Positions 1 to 12,376 of a stretch of DNA of 64,000 nt are shown piece by piece. Below the pieces are notes generated by a model. It had not been told where the DNA came from, ran no database searches, and worked only from the letters and a program-made list of their open reading frames with translations. This stretch comes from Guillardia theta CCMP2712. Its lineage: Eukaryota > Protista > Cryptophyta. The translations under genes and the position numbers were made by a program. The stretch's first letter is position 1; each line of letters begins with the position of its first letter. The DNA lies in contig NW_005434603.1 of NCBI RefSeq assembly GCF_000315625.1, positions 1-64,000 of the forward strand, in the 5' to 3' direction.

Positions 1-1171
1 CCCTCCTCCCTGCCCTCTTCACCCCTTCACCTGAGCAGTCATGGAGCACAAGAATCCTCAGTGAAGTTGTACAGTCATGCGAGGCCTTACCAGGGAGTCA
101 AACAACATCAAGTAGCACAAGTAGCGAAAGTAACGAGCACTGACTAGGAGAGAGGGAACGCAAAGGAGCCAAAGAAGAAATGGAGTTTGTGTAAAATAAA
201 CGAAGGGAGGGGGGAGGAGAGAAAGAAGAAGAAACGATAAGAACGAAGAAAGTAGCGAGACAGCAAAGAGAGGACATCAAGGGACGCAGAGACAGAGAGG
301 CAGTCATGTTGCTCACCAGCGCTTGTAGGATGCGCCAGGAACAGTTTGGGAGGGAGGTAGCGGGCCGAACTATGAGGGACTCAAGCTCCTCCGACCACCC
401 AACAACTTTCTCAAAGTCTCGGTCGGTGATGAGCGACGAGCAGCCGGTCAGGTTGACGTGCCTGAGCATCGGAATCAGTCAACACAGAGGCCGTTCCGCC
501 TCCCTGCCTCCCTGCCCCTCTCAATTCCTTCATGCGCTTCCTTCTCTTCCCTACTTCTCGTTGTGCACGTTTCTAGTTCCCTCCTCTCCTTCCTTCCTTC
601 TTCTCTTCTTCTCTTCCTCTCTTCTTCTTTTCTTCTCTTCTTCTCTTCCTCTCTTCTTCTCTCTCTCCTCACCTCCATAGCACAGGTTCCTTCACGAGAT
701 GGGCTGGGCCCTTTGCCGCCGAGGAGAGAAGCATGCGAGAGCGGAAGGGAAGCTTGATGACGATGCGGAGGAGCAGGTCATGAGGCAGCTCGTTGAGCTT
801 GCTGAAAGTCTTCGTTCCAGGAGGGAGCGAGAAGGGAGGAGGTGCGAGCTCCTCCTTGGCCTCCGCCCTCACCCTGGGAGGCTCCACCTGCTCTGCTATG
901 AACCTGCCCCTGCTCGCCATGCCAGGGTCAATTGCGAAGAAGCCGACAGGTCGGTCGTCATGGGCGCGGGTGGTCCTGTACTTGGAGTGCCAGTCCTCAT
1001 TCTCGAGCTCCTCGATGCACCTGAGACTCTGTATGTCGATGTCTGTCTGGATCTCGTCGATGCTGTCCTCTCGGTTGCGGAGCAGGTGCCTGCCCATCAT
1101 CTCGTCGGTGTACATGCTTCCTTGCCCTCGTTCGTGTCCTCGCTGTCTCTTCGTCCTCCTGCTCACAGCAT
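1..1171 (-). CDS. F-box/LRR protein (spliced, 3' end runs off the window)
   Basis: Exon 669-1166 ends in an F-box motif (LNELPHDLLLRIVIKLPFRSRMLLSSAAK...EPVLWR). The next exon (~310-470) reads LRHVNLTGCSSLITDRDFEKVV, typical of FBXL-type LRRs. The start codon is uncertain. Confidence 0.75.
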
Positions 1172-1877
1172 CTCTGTCGGAGTCACGTAAGTTCTAGCGA
1201 GAGCACTTAGAACATTATGGAATTAGCTGCTACTAGTGACACTCTGCCTTTCCTCCACGTTCGCTGCATACTCGATAGCCCGTGACTAGCAGCCTCCTCT
1301 CCATCATCATCTCTTCGTCTCTACCTGTTGTTTGCATGCTCTCCTCCTCCTCCTCCTCCTCCTCCTCCTCCTCCTCCTTCTCCTTCTCCTTCTCCTCCTC
1401 CCTCCTCCCTCTCTTCCTCTACTCGATTCCATCTTGTACCTTTGCCACCTCCCCTTTTACCCTCATCCCAATTCAGGACCCCCTTTCCCTCCACTACCCT
1501 ACCTACCAATATCCACTTACATTCTTTGAAATATACCGGTACTTTGTAACCAGGTCCCAACAAAGGGTCTTTGTCACCACCCCTACTTTCTCCATGAATG
1601 TCCAAAGGAATTGCTATGGAATAAGGGGGTAGGGTCAATATCAACGACATTTTTGAAAAAGAGTATTTTCGTCCTTTGCTGATTGCTATACCCACCCAAA
1701 TCGTAATTGGCTTATATCTAGATAGGTCATGAGGGGGTAGGGGTAGTTGGAAACGGTATTCTACTGCCGCTGTAACACCACCCCTTGCTATACGGACCCC
1801 CTTGTTTCCATCAAAAAGGATACGGAAGGAGGGGTGGGAATAGAGCAGATAATCGCACCGAGAGCTCCAAAAACAGA

Positions 1878-1950
1878 TGGACAACCCGGGTATCGATCCC
1901 GGTGCCTCTCGCATGCTAAGCGAGCGCTCTACCATCTGAGCTAGTCGCCC
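1878..1950 (-). tRNA. trnA-AGC: tRNA-Ala (AGC)
   Basis: Reverse complement GGGCGACTAGCTCAGATGGTAGAGCGCTCGCTTAGCATGCGAGAGGCACCGGGATCGATACCCGGGTTGTCCA folds as a cloverleaf. It has anticodon AGC, the G3:U70 alanine identity pair, and a TTTTT Pol III terminator just downstream (plus-strand AAAAA at 1869-1873). Confidence 0.97.
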
Positions 1951-2019
1951 ATGTGGATGACGTCATCACTGAAAAATAATATTCCAATTGATAGTGAGAA
2001 CGCCAATCTCAGTGAACCG

Positions 2020-2720
2020 TCCGCCGGTGACGGTCCGTTACTAGTTACTGCCTAGGCTAGGCCGCGCCGCCCGGCGCGGCACTAGGGCCTCCCGGGCCCG
2101 GGGGCCGACCCGCGGCGAGTCGGATCCGAGCCTATCGCGGCGGCGCGGCGCCGGCCGCTCAGACGGTGCCGGGCACTGACGGACCGATCATCGTCCGAGG
2201 ATCGGACCGACGGTAGACTCTGAGCCTGCCGCAGTCACTCATAGGCTGATACCTTGCCAAGTTGAGTCCGGCGGTGGCACACTGGCACACACAGCCGGGC
2301 CCGGGCTGAGACTCACGGACCGCCGACGGTCCCCTGGCGCCGGGGTGCCTGGCCGGCTGAGGCTGACGGCCGTGCCCGCCGGGGCCCAGTTTTCAAGTTT
2401 AGTTCAATCCGGCGTTTGCTCCGACGAGGGCAACTTCCGCAATGCGCCGCGCCGGGCGCGGCAGTTTAATCAGTGCGGCGCGGCACACGAACTTGATAAG
2501 CATTGAGGAGCCTGGCATGCGGCCAGTGAGAGAGAGTCTGTATGCGGCTAGCGCCCGCGCTCGTCGGATGCAGCCCGGCTTGAAACCCGGCTACCGCTGG
2601 CATCTGATCGCAGCGGCGCGGCGGCCGGCCGGGCGGGCCGGGAGGCCCGGGCCGGGCCGGGCCGCGGCGGGCCGGGCCGCGGCGGATCATCGGATCGGAC
2701 AGTGACTGATTCAGTCCGGT
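2020..2720. repeat. GC-rich palindromic intergenic island
   Basis: Dense CCGG/GGCC/GGATC/TGAGTC/CAGTG micro-palindromes with no credible protein. One of about 8 similar islands in the window. Confidence 0.7.
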
Positions 2721-2735
2721 CAGCTAGGGTTACTC

Positions 2736-4326
2736 ATGGGTAAGGGAGGGATGCCGGGCATGAAGGGAGTGGAGGAGGAGAAGGTTGGGGAGATGAGGGA
2801 GAGAGGGTTCTGCGTGATCGACGAGTTCATGGGGAGGGAGAGGGCGAGGAGGATGAGAGACGAGATCAGCATGCTCAAGGAGATGGGCAAGCTCACCCCC
2901 AACAAGGTTCAGTTCTCCCTCAACGGACGCATCGAGCACTTCACGAAGCCCAACGTGCGTGAAGGCTCCAACCCCAAGATCCACACAGCTGATCTCTGCT
3001 CCCCATCCCCTTCACCTTTGAATCTCGCTCCCCTCCTCTATACTCTTGATTCCTCTCTGTCCCCCATTCCTGACCTCCTCCCTTCCTCTCTACTTCCCTC
3101 GCCCCATATCGCCCCCTCTTTCCCTTTCTCCCTCCATCCCTCCGTACCCCCCTCCGTCCCTGCCTGCCTGCCTCCCTCCTCCCCCCATCACTTTCGTCAC
3201 TCCGTTCTTCTCTCTGACCCCGAAGGCTCCCTTGACTGAGCTCCCTCCAGATCTACGAGGCCGACATGCACGACCCCAGCATCCGCGAGCATGTCACGGA
3301 GCTCACGGAGCTCTTCTTCTCCGACGAGATGGTTCAGCTCCTGCAGGAAACGTTTCCCGAGCTCCACCTCAAGCTCGGCACCAGGGCCAGGACCCTCAAG
3401 TTGCAGATGAATGCAGGGCAGGGAGGATGTTTCCCGCTGCACTACGACAACCCCGGCAGGCCGAACATGAGGAAAGTGACGTGCCTCCTGTACCTCAACG
3501 AGGGATGGAAGGAGGGAGACGGGGGCGAGCTGGAGCTGGTCCCGTTCCTGGGGAAGCCTGTGGTGATTGAGCCGATCATGGACAGGATGGTGTTGTTCAG
3601 GAGCGACCTGCTGCTGCATCGAGTGCTGCCCAACAAGGAAGCGAGGTACTGCCTGACGATATGGATCGATGCGGAGGAGGGGCACGTGAACCGGGACGAA
3701 GACGTCATGCTCAAGATCAGCAGGAAGGAGGTGAGTGAAGGCGAGGCTGCCTGTAGGACGAGGGTCAGTCATGCGATGGCTCCTCTATGATGTAGCTCCT
3801 TCATGCTCCCACTCAGCGGCCCTTGCTGGCCGATAGAGCTACACGCAGCTTCCCTAGCGTGTCCATCCGTGTGCTGAGAACTCTCGGGTGAGGAGGTGAC
3901 GCTTGTCCTGCCCTCCTGTCAGGTAGAGGAGAGCATCGAGAGCGTCGTAGAGCAGCTGAGGAGATCACCGTCCCAACGGGCCCTCAGCCGAGCGATCTAT
4001 GACCAGGAGTACAAGCAGTCCATCCTTGACTGCATGCAGACGTCTGAAGGTCCTGCTGCCTCCTTCTCCTGCCTCCGCCTGCCTCCTGTCTCTGCCTCCT
4101 GCCTCTGCCTCCTCCCTTCTCCCTACTGCATCCTGCCTCCTCCTCCCTCACCCCGTCAACTGCCTCCTGCCTCCTGCCTCCTGCCTCTTTCTCCTGTTGT
4201 TCTGATGCTGCGGCAGAGGTGAAGCCGATGATCGCCGCACATGAGCTGCACGTGGCCGCCACCCACGCTAACGCGACGCTGAGCAGCCTCGTCCGACTGC
4301 TCGCGTCCTTGCGGGAAGACGTCTAG
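2736..4326 (+). CDS. 2OG-Fe(II) oxygenase, prolyl-4-hydroxylase/EGLN-like (4 exons)
   Basis: GGCFPLHYDNPG...RKVTCLLYLNEGWKEGDGGEL...DRMVLFRSDLLLHRVLP...RYCLTIW supplies the HxD...H...R motif. Splicing joins ...HFTKPN|IYEADMHD... The last exon ends at TAG 4324-4326. Confidence 0.88.
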
Positions 4327-4826
4327 TGAAAACAACAGAGCTATGAGAGGAAGGGGAGAGGGGGAGAAGAAGATGGGGAGAGGGACGGAGTTCAGAGGTC
4401 ATGGAGGAAGTGGAGGCCATGGTGAGCAAGAATCGTTGAGATTGAGAATCGGGCAGGGGAAACTTGAGATACAGGAAAGTGAAGGGAGGAGGAGGGAACA
4501 TTCAAACTCTCGGTTCCTCGCGGGCCCGGGGGGTTGAGGAAAAGAAGGAGAAAGTTGGGATATGTGAGATCACGAGCCAGGATGGGTCGATCGGAAGGTT
4601 TTCTATCATGGTTGACGGAAGGTCGAGCTAGCAGCAGACAGCAGCATGACTTGGAAAGTGCGGAGCTTGTCAAGAGCAGAAGGCAGCATCAAGTGCGGAG
4701 GAGCAAGAGGGTCGGGGAGACAAGACGTCAGAGAACATTTAGGGAATGTGTGCAATATTTACAAGTTTGCAAAGAGAAAAGGAGGAGCGACCAGTCCTCT
4801 TCTTGCGTCTATCTTACACCGTCGTG

Positions 4827-7287
4827 TCATGTTGAGGTGCACCTTCTGAGCTCCACACGATTGTCGAAGAGTGCGTTGCAATGGCACTTCTGACAGAGAG
4901 AGATGCGGGCGATGAGCAAGTCCTGGAGAGTGTAAGAGAGAAGAAAAAGGAAGAAAACATGTAAGAGAGAAGACAAAGGAAGAAAGAGAGTAAAAGAGAA
5001 GAAAAAGGAAGAAAGAGAGTAAAAGAGGAGAGAGAAAGAAAGTATATCCGAGACAAGAAGGAGAGAAGGAGTAGAGCGCAGTGAGGTGGGAGGGAGGAAG
5101 GGGGAGGTAAGAGCGAAAAAAGAGGGGAGCAAGGACAGGATAGGGAGGAGGTTTATGGACAAGAAGAGACTCACAAGCTGGGATTGATGTTGCAAGTGCT
5201 GCTCAAGCAAGGAAGTCTGACATGATCGTAAGAGGAAGAGAGGAGGGCACACGATTGCTGAACAAGACAAGTGAACTTGCTCACGTGTCAAGGAGGAGGG
5301 AAAGAAAGGCAACAAGGAGTAGAGTAACAAAGGACATCACAGCGAAAGAGCGGCAAGGCAAGTGAATGCAAACAGAGTGAGTCACCAAACCCCGTCTATG
5401 CATCACCTTGAAGTAGATGGCGCTGCTCTTGTGGTACTCCAACTTCCCCTCGCTCAGCTTGCACTCCAGGAACGTCTTGAGCTGAGCCTGAAGGAACCTG
5501 AAGGCCAACGGCCGTCAGACGCGACAAGGACCGACGTCAAAGTGAGTCGAACAGAGCAAGGAAAAAAAAGGTCAAAGTGCGGCAGCACCTCCTGAACTTG
5601 ATGGGCCCGACCGCGTCTTGTCCCTCGAGCGCCTGCGCGAGGCTCTCGGGCTGCACGTGGAAGCTGAACTTAGAGAAGCCGGCGCAGATCTCGCTGACGG
5701 TGAGAGCCTTCCTGCCGTCCACGTCTACCAGCTGCAGGAGCAGAGTCAGCCTTCGCCGCATCCTCCCTCCTCTCTCCTCCTCCTCCTCCTCTGCCTTCCT
5801 CCTCCCTCCTCCTCCTCCTCCTCCCTCCACCGCTTCCTCCCTCCTCTACCTCGAAGATGTCGTTGCACATCTTGTCGAGCTGGTTGATGCTCGCGAAGTT
5901 CGACAAGATCCTCAGCAGATCATCCAGCTCGTCCACGTAACCTTTCCCGTTCGGCTCCTCCCCCTTCGGAGCCCCAACAGGATCAGCAGCCTCGGGAGGT
6001 TTGGCAACCGCGAGCTCCTGCTCAGCCGCGTCCTTGGCTTTGCTGGACGCCGCAAGGAACTCGTCGAGCATGACGGCGACAACCACATTGAAGAGAATCC
6101 AACCAACCATGATGATGTAGGAGCAGAGGAAGACGCAGACAGTGTAGTCGAACATGTCTGCTGCTCCATGCGTGCTCAGCTCCTGAGCAAGCGCTTTCCA
6201 GCTGTCGCCGGTGCAGACCTGACAGACTTCTCATCATGCTTGAGAAGCAGAGGTGGGGCAAGCGTGCACGGTAGGGAGGGAGAGGGGCGAGACGGAGCAA
6301 GAGAGAGGGAGGAGGGGAGGAGGGGAGGAGGGGAGGAGGGGAGGAGGGGAGGAGACCTGGAACATGGTGAACATGGCGGCAGAGAAGGTGCGGAAGCGAG
6401 CAGAGTGATGGGAGAAGAGAGAGACGCCGACGATAGCGTATATGCCTGTCGTGAAGAGCATGATGCAGCCGGCGTTGAAGACCGGGAAGATGGCAGAGAA
6501 GAGCGCGTTGATGATGACCTCCATTGATCGGATCCGGTGGAAGAGGCGGATTATGCGGAAGGCCCGGATGAGCCGGAGGTTGGAGAAGCCGGGGGCGGTG
6601 GACACTGGGGTGAAGGCGAGGAGGGATTGCGTGACGACGACGAGGTCGAAGATGTTCCAGTAGCTCCTGAAGAAGTTGCGGAACCAATGTGCGATCATGT
6701 TGATCAGCAGCTCCACTGTGAAGAGCATTGCAAACACCAGCTCCACCCGATGAATCGTTTGAATCGTCTCCTCCGTCTTGGTCACCTCCGACTCGATGGC
6801 GTACAGCAAAAAGTTCGCCATGATCAGCATGGCGACCACGACCTGGAACAGGGTCGTCTGGTACACTCTCCGAAGGAACCTCTTCAATCGCCGGAGGTCG
6901 GACACCACGGCACTGATACTGCTGCCCCCCTGCTTCAACATCGCAAGCTTCTCCACCGCCATCTCTCTCTCTCCCGTCCGCGACTCATTGAAGCGAATCC
7001 CAAACGTTCTCGACGTCTCTGCCGTCTTGACATTCAAGCACACGTCACCGTATGGTACTTTCCCCTCCTCCGCGTCATGCCCCAGCAGCGCCCACGGCCT
7101 CAGCTTCCACAAGCTGGACAATCGAAGGGGATAGTTTAAACCCAACGCCTAAGAGCGAGGGGATCAGCAAGGAAGGCAAGCAGCAGGAGCAGGAGCAGCA
7201 TGACGAGCAGCATGACAAGCAGCATGACAAGCAACAGGAGCAGGCGCAGGCGCAGGAGCAGGAGCAGGAGCAGGCGCAGGCGCAGGC

Positions 7288-7354
<67 letters not shown>

Positions 7355-7950
7355 TAGCATACCGTCCTCCACCATCGCCTCCTGCGCGATGTCTGGATGC
7401 TCGTGATATCACTGACCTGGATACAAGTAGAGTGAGCACAATGGAAGAAGACGGCTGCCTCCTGCACCGCGATCGTGATCGCCTCCTCTCCCAGCTGCAG
7501 CTCGAGCTTGGTCGGCGTTACCAGCAGCGTCATGCTTCTGGCATCTAGACGTCAGTCACAATCTGACCAAACGACAAGCTGACCTCCAGTCCGAGCTAGT
7601 GTCCAACGACCCGCCCTCCAGCAGCCGGCAGTCACCCTCGAAGGACGACAGGTCGCAGTCCTCGTCCTCATGGCCCGACTCGGCGTCTTCGATGACGGTG
7701 ACCAGGGCTCTTTCCTTGAGGGTATCTAGCACTTTGAACGGGTCTGTCAGCAGAACATCTCCGAGTCCCTTGCTGTCCCCGTTTGACAAGAGCGAATTTC
7801 TCCTCTGCTCTCTCTCCCTGCAACGAGTCGATGTCAGCAACAGGCCAGAATCGAGGGAAGCGTCGGGAACGCTGGAACGAAAAAGTTCTACGGATCAGCC
7901 TGACAGTCTTGGTTGCACAGGACTTTTGCGATGATGATGATTTGATTGTT
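4827..7950 (-). CDS. Single-domain (6TM) voltage-gated Na+/Ca2+ channel-like protein with C-terminal EF-hand-like motif
   Basis: S1-S6 are visible: YWNIFDLVVV (S3), NLRLIRAFRIIRLFHRIR (S4), pore TMFQ|VCTGDSWK across an intron, and S6 WILFNVVVAVMLDEF. EF-hand-like LVDVDGRKALTVSEI follows. Gene ends are approximate. Confidence 0.85.
7183..7353 (+). repeat. (GCAGGA)n-type microsatellite in channel intron
   Basis: Direct hexamer run. Confidence 0.9.
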
Positions 7951-8439
7951 CATGATCAGGCAATGCTCGCACACCTTATCCAGTCTCGTCTTATGTGATC
8001 TCCCTTCCGATTTCACTTCACCTCCTCGTAAACACTTCTCCTATCATCATGTTCCCTTGCTTTCATTCTCAACTCGTCCTCTCTCATCTTGCCATATCTT
8101 TCCTTCCATTACGTCTCATCTCGTCTCACCTTCTCCCTGCCATGAATCGCGACGCCGCCGTACTTCTCCCGGCCATCGCCGCCATTGCGCTAGGGGAATT
8201 GGGGTTATCGAGAGGGCAGGGTGGGTAGCATCATTCAAGATTTTACAGTAGGAAACAGGGGTACTGCACCGGAAGTTCAATTGGGGAATAAGCTGAAGGG
8301 GGTGGGTAGTCAGAGGAGGTAGGGGGCTCAAAAAGTGGGGTCGTAGGAAGATCGATAGAGTGGAGAAGTTGAGGGAGGGGTACTTGAAAACTAGGGGAAT
8401 AGGGGGTAGTCAAGTAAATCATGGCCTCAAGTCCGCCTC

Positions 8440-9100
8440 AAGCAAATTTACGGAACCCCGCCGGCGGCCAGGGCCCGGCTGGCCGGGCGGCCGCCCGACG
8501 GTCGGCCACCATGACCGTGGCACTGACGATCACCGGGGGCCCCGCCCGCGTCGGTGTGCCATCTGCGGCTGACTGCGCATGGCACATGGCACGCTCAGGC
8601 TGCGGCACTGACCGGCCCCGGCCGGTGCCCGGCGCCCGGGGTCACCGAGTCGTACTGATTTTTACTAACTTCACTTTGAGTAACTTCCGTGCGGCAGTGC
8701 CGCAGTGCCACTCAGACGGTGGTCCACCCGTCACCGCGGCCGCGCATCACCGTGTGTTTCTCATGGTACCGCCGCCGGGGTCACTGCAGTGCCGCCGGGC
8801 CCCCGGGCCGCCCGCCGCCCCGCCGGGCCGGGCGCGCGGCAGCCCGTTCCACGGCATGCAGAGTGATGCGGCCCGCCGCCGGGCGCGGCCGCCGCGGCGC
8901 GGTCACCCGGCGGGTGATCGGACTCAGCCCCCGGGCCGCGGCGGTGCCGCGCGCGCGCCCCGCGCCCCCGGGGCGCGGCCCCCCGGCGGCCGGGCCGCCC
9001 CGAGGCCCGGGGCCCGGACTCACAGGCTGAATGGTTCATCATCGACTCGGACATCGGATTCAAACCAGCAACAAGGTCAAGGTCAAGGTTAGGTCAACCC
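8440..9100. repeat. GC-rich palindromic island containing a copy of the AT-rich terminal motif (8651-8684)
   Basis: Same composition as the other islands, with CGTACTGATTTTTACTAACTTCACTTTGAGTAA embedded. Confidence 0.7.
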
Positions 9101-9280
9101 GTAAGCCCCCTATTCAACTTCATACACCCGGATGATGAACTTGAATGGTCATTCATCTCACCCCCTTCCTATGTTAATCTCTCATTCCGTTTACGTTTTC
9201 TTGAAGCTGACTAAGATATCCGATCGAGTCCATGCGGCCCGGCTGCTTCAAAGGCCTCATAAGGTCTGATACCGTGACAG

Positions 9281-10350
9281 TCATCCATGACCTTTGAACT
9301 CAGAGAATCGTCCCTCTATCGCCTCCAGTCCTCTCAATCTCAGACTTGGATCGCTATTGTAAATGGTCAAGGCTTTTGCTTCTACTTCTGTCACTTTGAT
9401 GAGGTATCGTAAATCACTCAGCCTTCGACCGTCGGATGTTCCTGGGGAGCCTGAAATTATGTCTTCATTCAGGGCCTTTCCAACGGTCATGTTGTGATAA
9501 CGCGATGCAGCAGATGCTTCAACTTCAAGTCGCCTGCTTCGCCGTAGACTGCCTCGCTTTCAGCAGCCTCCCCAGTCCAGGCTTTCCGCGCAGTGTCGCT
9601 GCCCTGCCCGTCATTCAAGTTACCACTGCTGACACGTGCGTACTGCGATGCAGCCGATGGAGGGCCCCTGCTCTCGGCTCCCGTCGTCCTTGTCTGTACG
9701 CCGGATTGACTTTCCCGAGTCCCTCGATTCCGTTTCCTGCCATTTGTAGCAATTCAGGAATTGCTTCTAGCAGTTCCTTATTCCTTTGTACCGATGCCTT
9801 GTTCGTTTGTACCCCTTGTTTGATTGTACGGTGGCTGCTCCCATCTCTTCGCTCAAGCCGCATGGCACACCTGCTGTTCCATCGCCACTGGCAGGTGCCA
9901 CGGTGGCGTCAGATTGTGGTCGTTACAGCTTGAGTCACCTCGCCAGGCAAAACATTCATCTGCTTGAGAAAGTATACATGTGGAGTGATTCCTGTCGCTG
10001 TTCTCCCATGACGTTCCAGTTCCGCGGTATCTTCCATTCTTAACTGTTCAGCTGTAGCACTTGCCTTCTTCCGACGCCGTCTAGTATGGCCCGGTAGGTT
10101 GAGTACCTTCAAGTTGGTCACCGGTAATCGCGCTTGATCCCACTGGAATCGCAGGGACTGCCAGGGTCCTCCACGGTGCTCTTGCTGGCATGCATTCGGT
10201 TTATCTGGACTTCCCGCACACATTGCATGGAAATATCGTCGGCAAGTTTTGCATTCAAGTGTTGTATAGGACAGGTAGAGAGATGTTCTTGGTTGATTTT
10301 GCATTGTCGTACAGGACAGGTAGAGAGATGTTCTTGGTTGATTTTGCATT
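9281..10350 (-). pseudogene. Fragmented ORF with PHD-finger-like segment, probable mobile-element remnant
   Basis: LECKTCRRYFHAMC...C resembles the second half of a PHD finger. The ORF is broken over several frames and has a 45-bp-period duplication at 10268-10351. Confidence 0.35.
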
Positions 10351-10852
10351 GCGATGTTTCCAGAAACAAGAATGATGGGGCTTGTGGTCCGTCTGCATTG
10401 CCTTCTTTTACTCAAAGTTAAGTTAAAGATCAGTGCCACTCTTCCTGCTGCTCATCCTGACCCTCATCACCGCTCATCACAGGGGCAGCACAGCCCTCAT
10501 CCGGCCCGTCACATACCCTCTCCGGATCTGGATCACCCTACCCTACCAGCGCCCTGCACCGTGCACGTCTCCGGTAGGGTCCAGAAGACTTCAGTTTACT
10601 ACTCACCTATCCTACCAGGGCCATTATTGAATGATTGTTGCCTCAGGTTTTCCCGCTTCAAGTTTTCGAGGAGTTTGTGGCATTTAATACAAGATCAACA
10701 AGAAGCGGACAAGAACAAGAAGAAGTAGAAGACAAGAAATGCAATCAAGTACAACAAGTCCGGAAGGAAAGAATGAGAATGAACTAGAAGCACATGACAA
10801 AGAAGAAGTCCAAGATCAACAGGTACAAGAAGAAACTTCAAGTACAACAAGT

Positions 10853-11287
10853 CCGGTACAAGTGCAGCAAGGAGCAGAGCAAGGACCGGTACAAGTGCAG
10901 CAAGGAGCACAGCAAGGACCGGTACAAGTGCAGCAAGGAGCAGAGCAAGGACCGGTACAAGTCACGCGGCAGCAAGGAGCAGAGCAAGGACTGGTACAAG
11001 TGCAGCAAGGAGCAGAGCAAGGACTGGTACAAGTGCAGCAAGGAGCAGAGCAAGGACCGGTACAAGTGCAGCAAGGAGCAGAGCAAGGACCGTACTGGTA
11101 CAAGTGCAGCAAGGAGCAGAGCAAGGACCGGTACAAGTGCAGCAAGGAGCAGAGCAAGGACTGGTACAAGTGCAGCAAGGAGCAGAGCAAGGACTGGTAC
11201 AAGTGCAGCAAGGAGCAGAGCAAGGACTGGTACAAGTGCAGCCGCTGAAGGAGCAGAGCAAGGACCGGTACAAGTGCAGCAAGGAGA
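10853..11287 (+). repeat. 33-bp coding minisatellite (~12.5 copies; VQVQQGAEQG[P/L])
   Basis: Unit GTACAAGTGCAGCAAGGAGCAGAGCAAGGAC[C/T]G repeated head-to-tail with three small insertions. Confidence 0.95.
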
Positions 11288-12065
11288 GAATGAGCGAGGT
11301 CAAGGGAGCAGCGATGTCTTTGTGTCCATACGTGACTTCGGCTCTCGCCATGTTTTCGAATCGACTGTGTTCTCTCAGTTCCCGGAAGCAACGCCTGGCT
11401 GCAGGCGCGGGCAACTGTTTCTGTCTGTGAACAGTGCTCGTCACCTGGCAAAGAGCGGGTTCTCCTCCCACGAGAGCATCAACCAGCTCAACCGTCTCAC
11501 AGGCCTCGTACCGTCCGAATCGATCAAGGCCCGGAGAAAAGTCCGCTTCAAAGCCATCGGCCAGTCAGAGCACAAGGCTGGGGATCCCTATCAGGCAGAC
11601 CTCTGCCTCACTTTCGACAAGGATCTTTACCTCAGTCATACATGATGTTCCAAAACCTAAAGGATGACGATGTTCAATCGATGTGGCCGCTCCATCACAG
11701 CAACGAGTCTTTCAAGAACGTGTTTGTCAAGAGCGGAGATTACATCTGCTTCGAGATCACTGAATCGACAAGCAAAATCCCGGAAAAGATCTACCAGCTT
11801 TCTCGACTATACGTGGTACTGAAGGACTACTTCATCGGGAAATCCTCTCGGATCGCTGCTATGGGCATCATAGTCGACAGTGACAGAGAAGAGTTTCCAA
11901 TAGCTGCGGAAAAAGCCAGAAATTTCCTCAAGGGAGTGGCAAACACTCCTGACCTAGCAAAGAATATGATCAACTCAAGCATACCGACTTTCCTTTTGCA
12001 CATTCCGATGCCTAACATCTACAGCTCGATAGAAAGACTCAAGGAGGGTCAAAATAAAATGTCAT

Positions 12066-12376
12066 AGCTTGCAAATGGTCAAGATGAGATGAAGATTGAA
12101 ATGAAAAAGCAAATGGCAGAGCTTGCAAGTGGTCAAGATGAGATGAAGATTGAAATGAAAAAGCAAATGGCAGAGCTTGCAAGTGGTCAAGATGAGATGA
12201 AGATTGAAATGAAAAAGCAAATGGCAGAGCTTGCAAGTGGTCAAGATGAGATGAAGATTGAAATGAAAAAGCAAATGGCAGAGCTTGCAAATGGTCAAGA
12301 TGAGATGAAGATTGAACAAGAACAGATGAAGATTGAAATGAAAAAGCAAATGGCAGAGCTTGCAAATGGTCAAGAT
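12066..12376 (+). repeat. 54-bp coding minisatellite (~5.5 copies; ELASGQDEMKIEMKKQMA)
   Basis: Near-identical 54-bp units encoding an 18-aa coiled-coil-like repeat. Confidence 0.95.

Noticed and set aside
1282-1632. Poly-Leu/Ser/Pro/Arg ORFs (also 7052-7533, 21774-22073, 43639-44261)
   Set aside because: They are translations of intronic or intergenic microsatellites.
8421-9092. Long Arg/Pro/Gly/Ala ORFs in GC islands (also 2442, 28600, 54634, 60263)
   Set aside because: Stop-codon scarcity in very GC-rich DNA explains them, and they have no domain motifs.
10853-11287. 33-bp repeats as a CRISPR array
   Set aside because: Units are head-to-tail with no unique spacers, keep a codon phase, and the context is eukaryotic with no cas genes.
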